DNA of 64,000 nt, taken from the IMG/VR virus record IMGVR_UViG_3300042508_000526; one strand, written 5' to 3'. Shown here in pieces: positions 29,671 through 39,068 of the stretch. The notes under the pieces are model-generated. The model was not told the DNA's origin and ran no database searches. It saw nothing but the letters and a program-made list of their open reading frames with translations. The position numbers and the translations under genes were made by a program. Origin of the DNA: a virus (lineage: Duplodnaviria; Caudoviricetes). How positions within the stretch are numbered: position 1 is the stretch's first letter; each line of letters begins with the position of its first letter.

Positions 29671-30007
29671 GCTCGTGATCTCCTTGACGATCGCGCTCGT
29701 GCACAATAGTGACTTTGATACCAGCTCCGGCTAGCAAAGATATCACAAGATCGGTCATTGTGGAGCCGCCCATACCGGCGAGCACACAGATTCCGATCAA
29801 ACCGTAAACGTTCTCTGCTTTTCGGTAGTTTTGGTACCAAATCAGCGCAATGGCCAAACCCAGAAAACCGGCGTTGAGCATGGCGCTGACAACAGCTAGT
29901 TTAGATAACTTCTTGGCAAACCGCAAAAAGGTCGCCAAGCCTGCAAAAGCAGCAGCGCCAAATGCGCTAAAAAGCACCGACAACGAATGTAGTGTTTCGT
30001 CGCCCAT
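29651..30007 (-). CDS. holin-like protein (3 TM)
   Basis: 118 aa, three hydrophobic helices, charged C-terminus; LAGMGG motif seen in LydA-type holins. Confidence 0.55.
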   Translation of the reverse strand: MGDETLHSLSVLFSAFGAAAFAGLATFLRFAKKLSKLAVVSAMLNAGFLGLAIALIWYQNYRKAENVYGLIGICVLAGMGGSTMTDLVISLLAGAGIKVTIVHERDRQGDHEHDNDNS

Positions 30008-30039
30008 GTTTAATAACTGCCGACTGTGTAACGATTTGT

Positions 30040-30320
30040 GAAATGTGAATGTACGCCAAAAGCCCCTGCGATCCCCTGTCCGCAGGTCCGTGTCCCGACC
30101 GAAGTCAGGACTCCGCAGCAACTTTCAAGGACAAAATTTATCCTGTGTGGCATTTGCTGCTCCTCCGCCCGCGTGCCCGACAGAATCTGACCGCGGAACC
30201 TGTAACCCCGTTGGCATCCATGCCGCCGAAGAAACGCCTAACCAGCCGGCCACCACGACTAACTTTTGACGCACATACAGTAATTTTAACACTCGCGGTA
30301 TGCAGTAACTACAGACCGCT
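30040..30320 (-). ncRNA. structured non-coding leader/RNA candidate upstream of holin-like gene
   Basis: GTCCTGAC-TTCG-GTCGGGAC, GCAGCAA/TTGCTGC, CCTGCG/CGCAGG and GCGGT/ACCGC stems; no convincing ORF. Confidence 0.4.
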
Positions 30321-30356
30321 AAACAGATTTTCAAAGAACAAAAATACCGGCGCAAT

Positions 30357-30815
30357 TTAGATATAACGCGCCGGTTCGTTACTGCATAGCCCGGCTGGCT
30401 CGTAATTATCCAGCCAGCTGGGCTCGGCCAGCTCGGGAAACGCCGCGATTGAGCGCGGCGAAAGTTCGCGCGGCGGCATCGTCCAGATAAATTGCGCCGT
30501 GGTCAGCGACAGCGGAATTTCGCCGCCCATAAACGCGTGCGCGCCAATTGTGCACAGCGCGTCGAGCGTTTCGGCGTTGTAACAGCGCGACCAGACCCGC
30601 TGCTGGGAAAAGAAACTGGGCGGCGCGACACTGAAACCATTTTCGTTGGGCAGCACAAATCCGCCATTTAAAAGCTGCACATCGACGCAAACATGCCAGC
30701 CAGCTTTCAAACTCGCCTGCACATATTTCAGCGTATTTTCCAGCTCTGGTTGCCGGCCGTCGATGTTGCCCAAGTGCGAAATGATAATCCCGTCGAAGCG
30801 CGCCCTGCGTCCCAT
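30357..30815 (-). CDS. glycerophosphodiester phosphodiesterase-like protein (degenerate motifs)
   Basis: IISHLGN..PELENTLKYVQASLKAGWHVCVDV resembles SHRGN..ENT..A...G...EIDV with R and E replaced. Confidence 0.6.
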   Translation of the reverse strand: MGRRARFDGIIISHLGNIDGRQPELENTLKYVQASLKAGWHVCVDVQLLNGGFVLPNENGFSVAPPSFFSQQRVWSRCYNAETLDALCTIGAHAFMGGEIPLSLTTAQFIWTMPPRELSPRSIAAFPELAEPSWLDNYEPAGLCSNEPARYI

Positions 30816-30901
30816 ACACTGGCCTTTTTTTTGTTAACAGCCGCCACAATTGCATGTGACGTATCGTACCGACGTTCGTGACCTATGTCCACGAACCTGT
30901 G

Positions 30902-31918
30902 TCACAAAATCTTGGCCGCAATGAGACAACCGCGCGCGACCGCATGCAGCGGATCATTGGCGTGACGTACTTCTTTGACCGGCAGCGGAAAACCATGCTC
31001 GTCAAGTTTCTTTTGAAACATTTCAACGAAGCCTTTAGCGCGTGTCGTGCCGCCGGCCAATGTTATCAGAATCGGCTCTTTGAACTTGGGCAGAGCTTTG
31101 TGGCCCTGTAACGCGTGCGCAAGCATCTTCACGGTGTAATCGATCAGACGCTCGTAGTACACGCTAACAGCAGACAAAATTGCGCTGTCACTCTGCTCGC
31201 CAATCACAAACGTGCCGTGCTCTTTCTCTGCCTGCACAACTGAATCCGGCTCATTTGTGGCAACGGCCGTCATGCGGTCAATCCAGTCGCCGGACTTCGT
31301 TGTCGAAAACAGCACGGTGGGTTCGCCGTTGAGCATGACACAGCAATTCACCATGCCCGCGCCCCACGACAAGCCAATGCCGGTGTAATCATCGTTTTCC
31401 AGCTCCGAGTAGCACAGCGCTTCGGCTTCGTTAATCGCCCGGGCCGTGTAACCCTGCTCCGCCAGCACCGTGCGCACAACGTCTTCGTGATACGCGACGT
31501 CAAAATCATCGTCTTCCTGATCGACGGGCTGGGCCGGCACGCAAAAGATCAGCTTTTCGTGCGGCTCGCTGGCGGTGCCGACAACTTCCTTGAGGATAAA
31601 CGCCAGCACGCGCTTGGCTTCTTTTTCCTTGGGGCTAACCACGCCGCGATACATGGGGCGCTTGGCCGAGTCATTGCGCTCAACGGCCTTTTCGATGGCG
31701 TCTTGGCCGAGAATAATAAACGTGCCGTCGGCGTCGCGCACAAATACCTTACCCTGTAGACCTTTTTCGATCATCTTGGTGGCCACGGGGGTCGTCGGCT
31801 TGATGACGTAAAACGCATCGCGGAAATCTTTGTATTGAACGCTGGCCGCGACGGCAGAGTCCAGCGCGTCTTGCGCCAGCACGATAAACGATGTTCCGAC
31901 GTCTAAACCCTTAGCCAT
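30902..31918 (-). CDS. actin-like ATPase (MreB/FtsA/ParM superfamily)
   Basis: GLDVGTS (phosphate 1), EAEAL (connect 1), SWGAGMVN (phosphate 2), LAGGTT (adenosine), DPLHAVARGC (connect 2). Confidence 0.88.
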   Translation of the reverse strand: MAKGLDVGTSFIVLAQDALDSAVAASVQYKDFRDAFYVIKPTTPVATKMIEKGLQGKVFVRDADGTFIILGQDAIEKAVERNDSAKRPMYRGVVSPKEKEAKRVLAFILKEVVGTASEPHEKLIFCVPAQPVDQEDDDFDVAYHEDVVRTVLAEQGYTARAINEAEALCYSELENDDYTGIGLSWGAGMVNCCVMLNGEPTVLFSTTKSGDWIDRMTAVATNEPDSVVQAEKEHGTFVIGEQSDSAILSAVSVYYERLIDYTVKMLAHALQGHKALPKFKEPILITLAGGTTRAKGFVEMFQKKLDEHGFPLPVKEVRHANDPLHAVARGCLIAAKIL

Positions 31919-31920
31919 AA

Positions 31921-32037
31921 CTACTTACCTTTCTTCTTGAGTTTCTTTTCCAGCTGCTTAATGTACTTGTTTTGCTTCTGCAGCTTATCGCACTGTTTTT
32001 TAATCTTTTTTTTCGTCCACTTGTCCCAAAACGACAT
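31921..32037 (-). CDS. 38-aa Lys-rich peptide (not in ORF track)
   Basis: MSFWDKWTKKKIKKQCDKLQKQNKYIKQLEKKLKKKGK; ATG overlaps upstream TGA (TGATG) and stop lies 2 nt before the actin ATG. Confidence 0.6.
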   Translation of the reverse strand: MSFWDKWTKKKIKKQCDKLQKQNKYIKQLEKKLKKKGK

Positions 32038-32369
32038 CACTTACCTTTCAACTGCGCCAGCTTTGACACTGACGAATTAATATCATCTTGCGTCTGCGTG
32101 GTTTTGCCAAGCGTGACATCCTGTGTTTTTTGCATGCTGGACGTGTTAATCTCGCCCACGTACTTGCCGGCGTTGATTTCTATTTTAGCTTTTTCAGCCG
32201 CAGGATTGTCGCGGAGCGCCGCCCGTAACGTATTGGCCGCGGGCGCCACGTTCTCAGCGCGCTGAACTAGCGTAACGTACAGTAAATTCAGCCGCCCGGT
32301 CAGATAGCCCAGCGCAAACCCGGTAAAGAGCAGCACCAATGCGTTGGTATACAGCGAATACAATTCCAT
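32037..32369 (-). CDS. membrane-anchored protein upstream of actin-like gene
   Basis: N-terminal TM helix; C-terminus DINSSVSKLAQLKGK. Confidence 0.7.
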   Translation of the reverse strand: MELYSLYTNALVLLFTGFALGYLTGRLNLLYVTLVQRAENVAPAANTLRAALRDNPAAEKAKIEINAGKYVGEINTSSMQKTQDVTLGKTTQTQDDINSSVSKLAQLKGK

Positions 32370-32377
32370 GACTTTGC

Positions 32378-32815
32378 TCACTGTGCGTCCTGATCTGCAA
32401 ATGTTTTGGGCTGCCACACAGTATACGGGTTTACGGCCTTGGGCGTGAAGATCGGCAGCGTCTCGCACACATCGAACTGGTCTTCGAGTTTTTTAAACAC
32501 TTTTGGATCAGTCGCGCCGACGCCCTCTGGCAAATCGTCAATCCAGATGTCTATCTTGTAGCCCAGCTGCTGCGTTTTTTCGCGCTTTGGAGAGTGGTTG
32601 CAGAAGATACACGCGCTGAGCAGTTTGTACGTCTCCTCGCCAAAGACCTGCGCCAACTGCAGACGATTAGCCGTCGAGTCCGTGCGGCCAGTCACGCACA
32701 ACACACGATGCCCACGGGCTGTAAATAACTTAATCGCCATGCGCCACATATCGACGTCGCTGGTGAACGTGCGATCGAAGTCGATGGCGATTGTGGTCGT
32801 GCGGTATGGGTTCAT
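32378..32815 (-). CDS. HAD-superfamily phosphatase
   Basis: IAIDFDRTF (motif I), VTGR (II), WIDD (IV). Confidence 0.85.
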   Translation of the reverse strand: MNPYRTTTIAIDFDRTFTSDVDMWRMAIKLFTARGHRVLCVTGRTDSTANRLQLAQVFGEETYKLLSACIFCNHSPKREKTQQLGYKIDIWIDDLPEGVGATDPKVFKKLEDQFDVCETLPIFTPKAVNPYTVWQPKTFADQDAQ

Positions 32816-33279
32816 GCTGTCTTGAGCACGTGCCACGCGTTGGCCCATTTGCTGGCGCGATCAAACGTGATCCAGTGCCGGCGGAAATCCAACTCAGCCG
32901 CGGGCACAATAAAAAACCGCTTGAGCCGCACGTGTACAAAAATAAACACGTCTACGTCAGTGGGCCGATACGCCCGCCGTTTGGTCATAGCCGCTGAACC
33001 ACGCCGCGTCTTGCACGCCTTGCTTTTGCATAGCGAAAACCGTGTGGAATCCGGTCGCGCGGTATTAATCGTCGTGGTCGCTTTAACTTGAATGCGTTTC
33101 ACCACATCGTCATAGCCAGATACGAGATCGTACCCGATGTCGATCAGCGGCACGCACGGCACGATCTTATGCCGTAACAACTTTGCAATCGCCAGCGAAA
33201 CGCCTTCGGCGCCGATGGCAATCGCGTTTGGCCATGTTTCTTCTTGTATTCGCACGGGCAAACAACTCCTTTTGTTCAC
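32812..33279 (-). CDS. PD-(D/E)xK endonuclease (PDDEXK_5-like)
   Basis: GAEG...YDLV...RIQVKATT...[12 protein letters not shown]. Confidence 0.8.
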   Translation of the reverse strand: MNKRSCLPVRIQEETWPNAIAIGAEGVSLAIAKLLRHKIVPCVPLIDIGYDLVSGYDDVVKRIQVKATTTINTARPDSTRFSLCKSKACKTRRGSAAMTKRRAYRPTDVDVFIFVHVRLKRFFIVPAAELDFRRHWITFDRASKWANAWHVLKTA

Positions 33280-33563
33280 TCGTCAAAAAAGTCATCGGAC
33301 AAGATTTTTCCGCCAGAACCAATCCACGCCAGCGTGACAAGAAAACCGAGCCCCGCCGCGACGGCGCCAGCGATTTTGCCGCAAAGTATCGCGACCGTCA
33401 GAATTGCTTGCCAGTTCTGCTCGTTAGCCGCAAACGGCAAAGCGTGCCAGATTACAACACCGATAAACCAAAACATTAGCGTGCGCAGGAATAAACGTTC
33501 CAAAAAACGCTCTCGCGCCCACTCACGATCGAGCCGCTGTCGTGTTTCTTCGTCAATCGCCAC
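33276..33563 (-). CDS. membrane protein
   Basis: two TM helices; GTG start after GGAG. Confidence 0.55.
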   Translation of the reverse strand: MAIDEETRQRLDREWARERFLERLFLRTLMFWFIGVVIWHALPFAANEQNWQAILTVAILCGKIAGAVAAGLGFLVTLAWIGSGGKILSDDFFDE

Positions 33564-33879
33564 GGCTCGACTCCAGCGCGGCAATGCGGTCTTTTAACTT
33601 GTCGTTCTCTGTCCGTAACGCCTGCACGTTTGCAGCCGACGTCACAGTTAAATTCGCGAGCGTGGCTTGCAGCTCTGTAATTTGTGCATCTAGTCCGGGC
33701 GTTGAGACTGGCTGCACCGCAGGAGGCGGCGTAAACCGCGGCGCTGCGTTTGCCAGCATTTGCGTTAAATCAGCCACGTGGAGCACGAGCCGGTCTAACT
33801 CGTCGGCGGCAGCGGTGTTGAGCCGCGCATCGACTAATCCTGTCGCGTCGCGGAGCGCCTGACTGAGGGGATGTAGCAT
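33553..33879 (-). CDS. coiled-coil hypothetical protein
   Basis: heptad-rich C-terminus; start uncertain. Confidence 0.55.
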   Translation of the reverse strand: MLHPLSQALRDATGLVDARLNTAAADELDRLVLHVADLTQMLANAAPRFTPPPAVQPVSTPGLDAQITELQATLANLTVTSAANVQALRTENDKLKDRIAALESSRGD

Positions 33880-33899
33880 CGGATGTTCCATAAAGTGCG

Positions 33900-34140
33900 G
33901 GCTGGATACTGGCAACAAAGCCGCTCGTGCTCTGTTTGTGCTCGTATGACGTAGGGGCGAAGGAGGCGCTTGGACACGTTTAAAACCCAGCCACCAGTAT
34001 CCGGCACCACGGCTATCCAAGTGTGGTGCGAACGCTGTTGGGACAGACAACGTTCTGCGGCGTCACTGCCTGACCGGCGCTGTGTAAGTGGGAGTGCCTT
34101 ACACGCGGCCAATATCAAACCACCATGCCGCAACTTTCCC
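33900..34140 (-). ncRNA. structured non-coding RNA/leader candidate
   Basis: 13-bp helix GGATACTGGTGGC/GTTGCCAGTATCC, three upstream hairpins, possible 8-bp pseudoknot CTTGGATA/TGTCCAAG. Confidence 0.45.
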
Positions 34141-34151
34141 GCACAAGACGT

Positions 34152-34685
34152 TCACCTATCCATAATGTTTAGTTTACGCAGCTGACGTTTGTCAACATCA
34201 GCCAGAATTCTTTGAATGTGTTGCGCGTCTTCATAACTGTCTTGCAGTTGATTTTCGTAAAACACTTCGAGGTACTTGGCGGCCACTTGATCGTCTAGCG
34301 ATCCGGCCTGCTCAATCCGCTTGGCGTAATTAACAACTACTTGGCGCTCCAGCGTATGCGCCTCAATCAGAATGTCTTCCACGCGCGTATAAGTCGCAAA
34401 CGTGTGCCCGCCCGCTGCCGGCAAGACAAAGTTAAAGCCATGCAGGCAGTCGAGAAACTGCTGCACGTGCTCCAGCTCTCCCTTGGCCGCGTCGGTCAGG
34501 AACTCCTTGTATTCCTCGGCGTGCAGGCCTGTGACAGCGCTGGAGTGATACAAGTAAAACGCGAGATGGGTCCACTCGTTCTGCAGGTCCGCGTTCATCA
34601 GGGTTAAGAACTGCGGCAGCGTAAAACGGCCGGGTTCGCCTTCAGGACCGGGCAGCCCCGGATCGTCGATGTGTTCGTTTGTCAT
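34152..34685 (-). CDS. ferritin/bacterioferritin-like di-iron protein
   Basis: LQNEWTHLAFY, GELEHVQQF, LERQVVVNY, ENQLQDSYEDAQHI four-helix pattern. Confidence 0.75.
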   Translation of the reverse strand: MTNEHIDDPGLPGPEGEPGRFTLPQFLTLMNADLQNEWTHLAFYLYHSSAVTGLHAEEYKEFLTDAAKGELEHVQQFLDCLHGFNFVLPAAGGHTFATYTRVEDILIEAHTLERQVVVNYAKRIEQAGSLDDQVAAKYLEVFYENQLQDSYEDAQHIQRILADVDKRQLRKLNIMDR

Positions 34686-34686
34686 A

Positions 34687-35316
34687 TCAACTGCTCCTAC
34701 CTTCTGGGAAATGGGTTAACTGCAACGCGTGTAGCTCAGCCGCACTCGCCGGCGGAGCTATTATGTCCTTGACTGCTAAATTCCAGCAATCCTCTTTGAA
34801 ACACCAGCCGTTGTGACTTGTCGGATCAAGCTCGCCCTTTAGATATTTTTGCGCCGAGCTAAAAAACAGTGGCTTGGGCATAAAGCCAAGAATCCACGCT
34901 TTTTCGCACAGGTGATGCACGCGCACGAAACAATACCAGTCGCAATCTTGGTGAATGTTTTTGTCGCACACGGTTACGAAATAGTGTGCCTGCGGCGGCT
35001 TGGGATATGTCTGCGACTTTGTTTTTACGTCAATGCGGCCGTGCGCTGTATTAATCAGCCGCAGATCCCAGTGATAGGGATTGTCGGCCGGCGTGCGCTC
35101 AAACTGCCCCGGATAGTAGTCGTACAGCACCTCTTCGCCGAGCATGCCGATAAAGTCACCGGAGCCGCTCCGAATCGAGTTTTTTAGGTGTGACCGCCCA
35201 CGCCGCTGCAGCATGTGCTTGAACTCATCGTCGCGAGCCAGTGCGCGCTCCAGCTGATCGGAGGTAACAGCCACCTCGATCAGCCCGGTATTGGGCTCGA
35301 CGCCGCAAACGTCCAT
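34687..35316 (-). CDS. putative PD-(D/E)xK nuclease-fold protein
   Basis: GMLGEEVL, WDLRL, IDVKTK. Confidence 0.6.
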   Translation of the reverse strand: MDVCGVEPNTGLIEVAVTSDQLERALARDDEFKHMLQRRGRSHLKNSIRSGSGDFIGMLGEEVLYDYYPGQFERTPADNPYHWDLRLINTAHGRIDVKTKSQTYPKPPQAHYFVTVCDKNIHQDCDWYCFVRVHHLCEKAWILGFMPKPLFFSSAQKYLKGELDPTSHNGWCFKEDCWNLAVKDIIAPPASAAELHALQLTHFPEGRSS

Positions 35317-35331
35317 GTCGCACTCCTGTAA

Positions 35332-36084
35332 TTAAGCCACATACGGTTCTAGGACAGCCGGGTCGAACTCCGCGTCGTAATACCGTTTGTCGTGGTGATC
35401 AAAGGCCGCGTCGCGCATAACACACCACTCCAGCCGGGGCCATGTCAGCTCTGATACTTCTGCCCATTCGCTGTACTGATAGCCGTGCATGAGAAACAAG
35501 CACGTAAGAAACACGTCCGGCGCGTAGTACACGTTGTCGTCGAGAATGTTCAGCAGGCGCATGTCCGTGCCGCGACGACAACAATCCAGAAACAACTCAC
35601 GACTAAAGCAGCCGCCACCACACAGACCGTAGCAGTACTGTTTTGTCGTGCCGTGAATCAAATTGAAATACTTGTTCAACTGCGCGGATACGGGATTTGA
35701 CCGGGCGCCAGCGCATGCGGTCGGCGGAAATTGCAGCGCGCGACGTTTAGTCATCACGTCTTCTTCGAGCAGCACCACCCAGTCGCTTGTGACTGTCTCG
35801 CAGTGGGTCCGCATGCGATTTAGATATGTGTCCGCCGCAGCTTTGCCCGTGAAATAGCCGCCGGGAGCCACCTGCTCAGCAGCATGCGTATAGCGCAGGT
35901 TGAACTTCCGGGCAAAAGCCGAGAAGTCCTGCCCATTGTCTGACACAAAAGAAATGTCAGCCTCGGGGTAATGCGCGCGAAACGAGCTGAGCGCCTCGTA
36001 TACCGCGCGCGGCCGGGCATAACATTGCATGAAAGCCGACAGCGTCATGCCGCAAAGTGTAACCGCGCTTATTATCGCTGGCAA
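35332..36084 (-). CDS. glycosyltransferase family 2-like protein
   Basis: FVSDNG, WVVLLEEDV (DxD-like) GT-A pattern. Confidence 0.65.
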   Translation of the reverse strand: MPAIISAVTLCGMTLSAFMQCYARPRAVYEALSSFRAHYPEADISFVSDNGQDFSAFARKFNLRYTHAAEQVAPGGYFTGKAAADTYLNRMRTHCETVTSDWVVLLEEDVMTKRRALQFPPTACAGARSNPVSAQLNKYFNLIHGTTKQYCYGLCGGGCFSRELFLDCCRRGTDMRLLNILDDNVYYAPDVFLTCLFLMHGYQYSEWAEVSELTWPRLEWCVMRDAAFDHHDKRYYDAEFDPAVLEPYVA

Positions 36085-36091
36085 TACACTT

Positions 36092-36796
36092 TTACAGTTT
36101 TTTGAGCACCGCGCTTACGATGGGATGGCGTACAACGTCACTATGGGCAAAATGCACAGTATCAATACCCGCCACACCTTTTAACTTCTGCACAACTTCG
36201 TTTATTGGCGGAGGTGAAAACGGTAAATCACTCTGATGCGGGTCGCCGGTAATAACCATCTGCGTGTTCTGCCCAAAACGCGACAACAACAGTTTGAGCT
36301 GCATATACGTCGCATTCTGGGCTTCGTCAAATACAACGACTGAATCGTTAAACGTACGGCCGCGCATATAACACAGCGGCGCCAACACGATGGCTTTATT
36401 TACAAATTCGCGCTTGGGATTAAATTTGCCCAGCAGCGTGTCCATCGTGTCGTACAGCGGTTGCATGTACGGATTGACTTTTTCGCCAAATGAGCCGGGA
36501 AGATAGCCGAGTTTTTCACCGGCATCAACGATCGGCCGCGTAAGAATGATCTGGCTTTTGCGCTTGGCGAGGATCTCATTGATCGCATACGCCATCGCCA
36601 AAAAAGTCTTGCCAGACCCCGCTGACCCAAGCAGAAATGTGACGTGGTTATCCAGTAACGTTTGCCACGCGCGTTTTTGACTGTCGGTGCGCCATTCGAT
36701 TTCACACGGCGCTAATGCGACTTTTGCCCGCTCCTGTTGATCTTGTTTTTTCTTTGCCTTTTTCTCCGCTCTGTTAGACGAGCGCGATGTAGCCAT
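36092..36796 (-). CDS. phoH: PhoH family ATPase
   Basis: GSAGSGKTFLA, LTRPIV, LGYLPG, MRGRTF, DEAQN, ITGDPHQSDL, DVVRHPIV. Confidence 0.95.
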   Translation of the reverse strand: MATSRSSNRAEKKAKKKQDQQERAKVALAPCEIEWRTDSQKRAWQTLLDNHVTFLLGSAGSGKTFLAMAYAINEILAKRKSQIILTRPIVDAGEKLGYLPGSFGEKVNPYMQPLYDTMDTLLGKFNPKREFVNKAIVLAPLCYMRGRTFNDSVVVFDEAQNATYMQLKLLLSRFGQNTQMVITGDPHQSDLPFSPPPINEVVQKLKGVAGIDTVHFAHSDVVRHPIVSAVLKKL

Positions 36797-36814
36797 ACAA
36801 TCCTACCTTCCTTG

Positions 36815-36848
36815 GTGTGGATCTAGCGGCCGATGTTTTGTTATTTAG
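36815..36848 (-). promoter_or_regulatory. degenerate copy of CTAAAT promoter upstream of phoH
   Basis: CTAAAT-AACAAAACATCGGC-CGCTAGAT, same spacing as the consensus but weak -10. Confidence 0.35.
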
Positions 36849-36854
36849 ACGCGA

Positions 36855-39068
36855 TCAATTCCCCCACTTAATCGGAGACTGAAGTTGGGGCATACCCTTC
36901 GGCATCATGCCGCCCAGCTGCGACGCGCCGTAGATACCAGCTGCCGCCGTCGGAACTGCGGTGTACGGGCTCTTGGCGGCCATGGAGAGCGCTTTGCCAG
37001 CCATGTTGACGCCACTGCCGAGTCCTTGCGCCACGGCACCTGCGCCGCCGACCATACCTTGCGCCAGCGGAGCCACGCCACGGGCAATGTTCATACCAGC
37101 TTGGCCAGCGCTTTGTAATCCGCGGGCAATGTTCTGCCCTGCGCTATAGGCACGCGAAGCGCCTTCCGACACGCCGCCAACAACGCGCTGACCCAACGAC
37201 TGCGGAATATCTGCGCCGCCGCGACCAGCCATGGCGGGGTTATACGGCGCGTTCCAACCCGGCGGATCAGGCAGCGGCGGACGACCAGCCGCACCAGCAG
37301 TCGCAGCGGGACGAGGCGCAGCAGCCGCGGCCGGGCGAGCAGCACCAGCGCCAGCCTGCGCACCACCAGCCGGAGCAGCAGCCGGAGCGACACGATACTG
37401 CCGCGTCATGCCCGGATACTGCACAGTGGCCATACCGTCAGCAACGTTTTGCACCGTGCCCGAGCCGTAACGATTGTGCTGCAACGTCTTCCCAGCCTGA
37501 ATGTTCGACGGCAGCACTGTGCGGCCCTGTGTCATCGGCGCCGCTTTCTGCGCCATCTGCGCCGCGTTATCAGCAGCGCCGGCGACGGCACCCGTAGCTT
37601 TCTGCGCAACGTTATCAGCGGCACCCGCGACAGCACGACCAGCGCCTTGCGCGACACGACCGACAAGCTTGCCCAGAAACGCAGCTTTTTCGGCGCTGCT
37701 CTGTTGCGCGTTAGTCGCATCAGTCGGCACGGGGCAGCATGTTTCACGCTGCTTGTCGTCCACGAGGCGCTGACTTCCGCGGCTAGACGGCGTGTCGTTC
37801 ATCGTGGTCTTGCCCTGTCCCGCCACACCAGCTTTCTTGACTTCTTTCTTTTTCTTCTTGCCCACAGGCCGGCACGAGTCGTTGCTGTAGGGCTTCTTGC
37901 CCGGAACCGGCTCATAGCCTTCCCAGCAGCGCGCCATCTTGTAGGCAAACGCCGCGCCAGCTTTTACAGCCGATGTGCTGTTCGCCTGTAGTTGTGGCAT
38001 CAGTCGTTCGATCGCGTCTTGGTTGTTTGTTAGAAAGTCGTACATGCCGCGTGCCTGTTGTGAACTCATGTTAGGATCACGACCCATCAGCGCCGTAGTA
38101 CCGAACTCCGGGCTCAGGCCGCGCAATGTATTCATCTGCGAGCGAATATCGCCACCACCGCCACCGGCCAGCCCGTAGAGCGCATTCGCACCCTGACCAA
38201 CCAGCCGACGCGGGCCATCGCCAAACATGCCGGCTCCAGCAGCACCTAAGCCAGCCGCGCCGAGACCAAGCGCGCCGAGCGTGCCGCCCAGTGCACCTTG
38301 ACCGCGACCACCCATAAACGCGCCAGCAAGCGCCAGCGGAACACCAGCGCCAATTGCGTACCGAGCTTCAATCGGCAGGCTGTTCCACGCGCCCATCAGA
38401 CCACCACCGCCAGCCGGTTGGCCGCTTTGGGTGTCCATGCTGTGCTGCATACCCGACGCCATCTGCGTCTGCTGATTAATACCAGCCGCCGAGGGTTCGT
38501 CGCCACTGCCGATAAGCCCAGTCGCCCGGGCTCCGCCGTACAGCGTACCGCCGCCAACGGCTAAGTTCAGCGGGTTGAGCTTGTCGCCGACGGGGCTTGT
38601 ACCGAAGGCGCGGCCAGCTTCTGTTTGAATGGGGCGCACTACCTTGTCGCCGAGCTTGTTGCCGGCCGGCGCTGCTTTGCCCGGCCCGCTCATGGCCCAT
38701 CGGCCGGCGTCATCGGCTGTGTTCAGTAGATTACGCGCGGTGTTGGTCGTAAACTGCCCAACGCTACCTACACCCTCGCCGACCGATCGCGCGGCGCCTA
38801 CTACGCGGTCTTTCGCGCCCTGCACAAACTTGTTGCCGCCGACGCGCGACGCCACATCGTCCATCACGCCTTTCGCCTGCGTCGCGTACGGCGTGGCTTT
38901 CTGCACGACGTTATCAACCATGGGCGCGGCTTTTTCGACAGCTTTCGTCGCGGCGCCACGGATCGCCGGGATGGCGCGCGTCGTGGCGTAATTAACAAAC
39001 TTGCCCAGATACGCGTCTTTTTCCATTGCTTCGCGGGCAGCAGCGCCGAATGCTTGTACGTCGTTCAT
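36855..39068 (-). CDS. large Gly/Ala-rich virion cargo protein
   Basis: QAFG...EKDAYLG leader; Gly-zipper helices; CWEGYEPVPGKKPYSNDSC module; EKAAFLG internal motif. Confidence 0.7.
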   Translation of the reverse strand: MNDVQAFGAAAREAMEKDAYLGKFVNYATTRAIPAIRGAATKAVEKAAPMVDNVVQKATPYATQAKGVMDDVASRVGGNKFVQGAKDRVVGAARSVGEGVGSVGQFTTNTARNLLNTADDAGRWAMSGPGKAAPAGNKLGDKVVRPIQTEAGRAFGTSPVGDKLNPLNLAVGGGTLYGGARATGLIGSGDEPSAAGINQQTQMASGMQHSMDTQSGQPAGGGGLMGAWNSLPIEARYAIGAGVPLALAGAFMGGRGQGALGGTLGALGLGAAGLGAAGAGMFGDGPRRLVGQGANALYGLAGGGGGDIRSQMNTLRGLSPEFGTTALMGRDPNMSSQQARGMYDFLTNNQDAIERLMPQLQANSTSAVKAGAAFAYKMARCWEGYEPVPGKKPYSNDSCRPVGKKKKKEVKKAGVAGQGKTTMNDTPSSRGSQRLVDDKQRETCCPVPTDATNAQQSSAEKAAFLGKLVGRVAQGAGRAVAGAADNVAQKATGAVAGAADNAAQMAQKAAPMTQGRTVLPSNIQAGKTLQHNRYGSGTVQNVADGMATVQYPGMTRQYRVAPAAAPAGGAQAGAGAARPAAAAAPRPAATAGAAGRPPLPDPPGWNAPYNPAMAGRGGADIPQSLGQRVVGGVSEGASRAYSAGQNIARGLQSAGQAGMNIARGVAPLAQGMVGGAGAVAQGLGSGVNMAGKALSMAAKSPYTAVPTAAAGIYGASQLGGMMPKGMPQLQSPIKWGN

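Noticed and set aside
34152-36796. Ferritin-like, glycosyltransferase and PhoH genes as a novel system
   Set aside because: Common auxiliary genes of large phages with nothing unusual in arrangement
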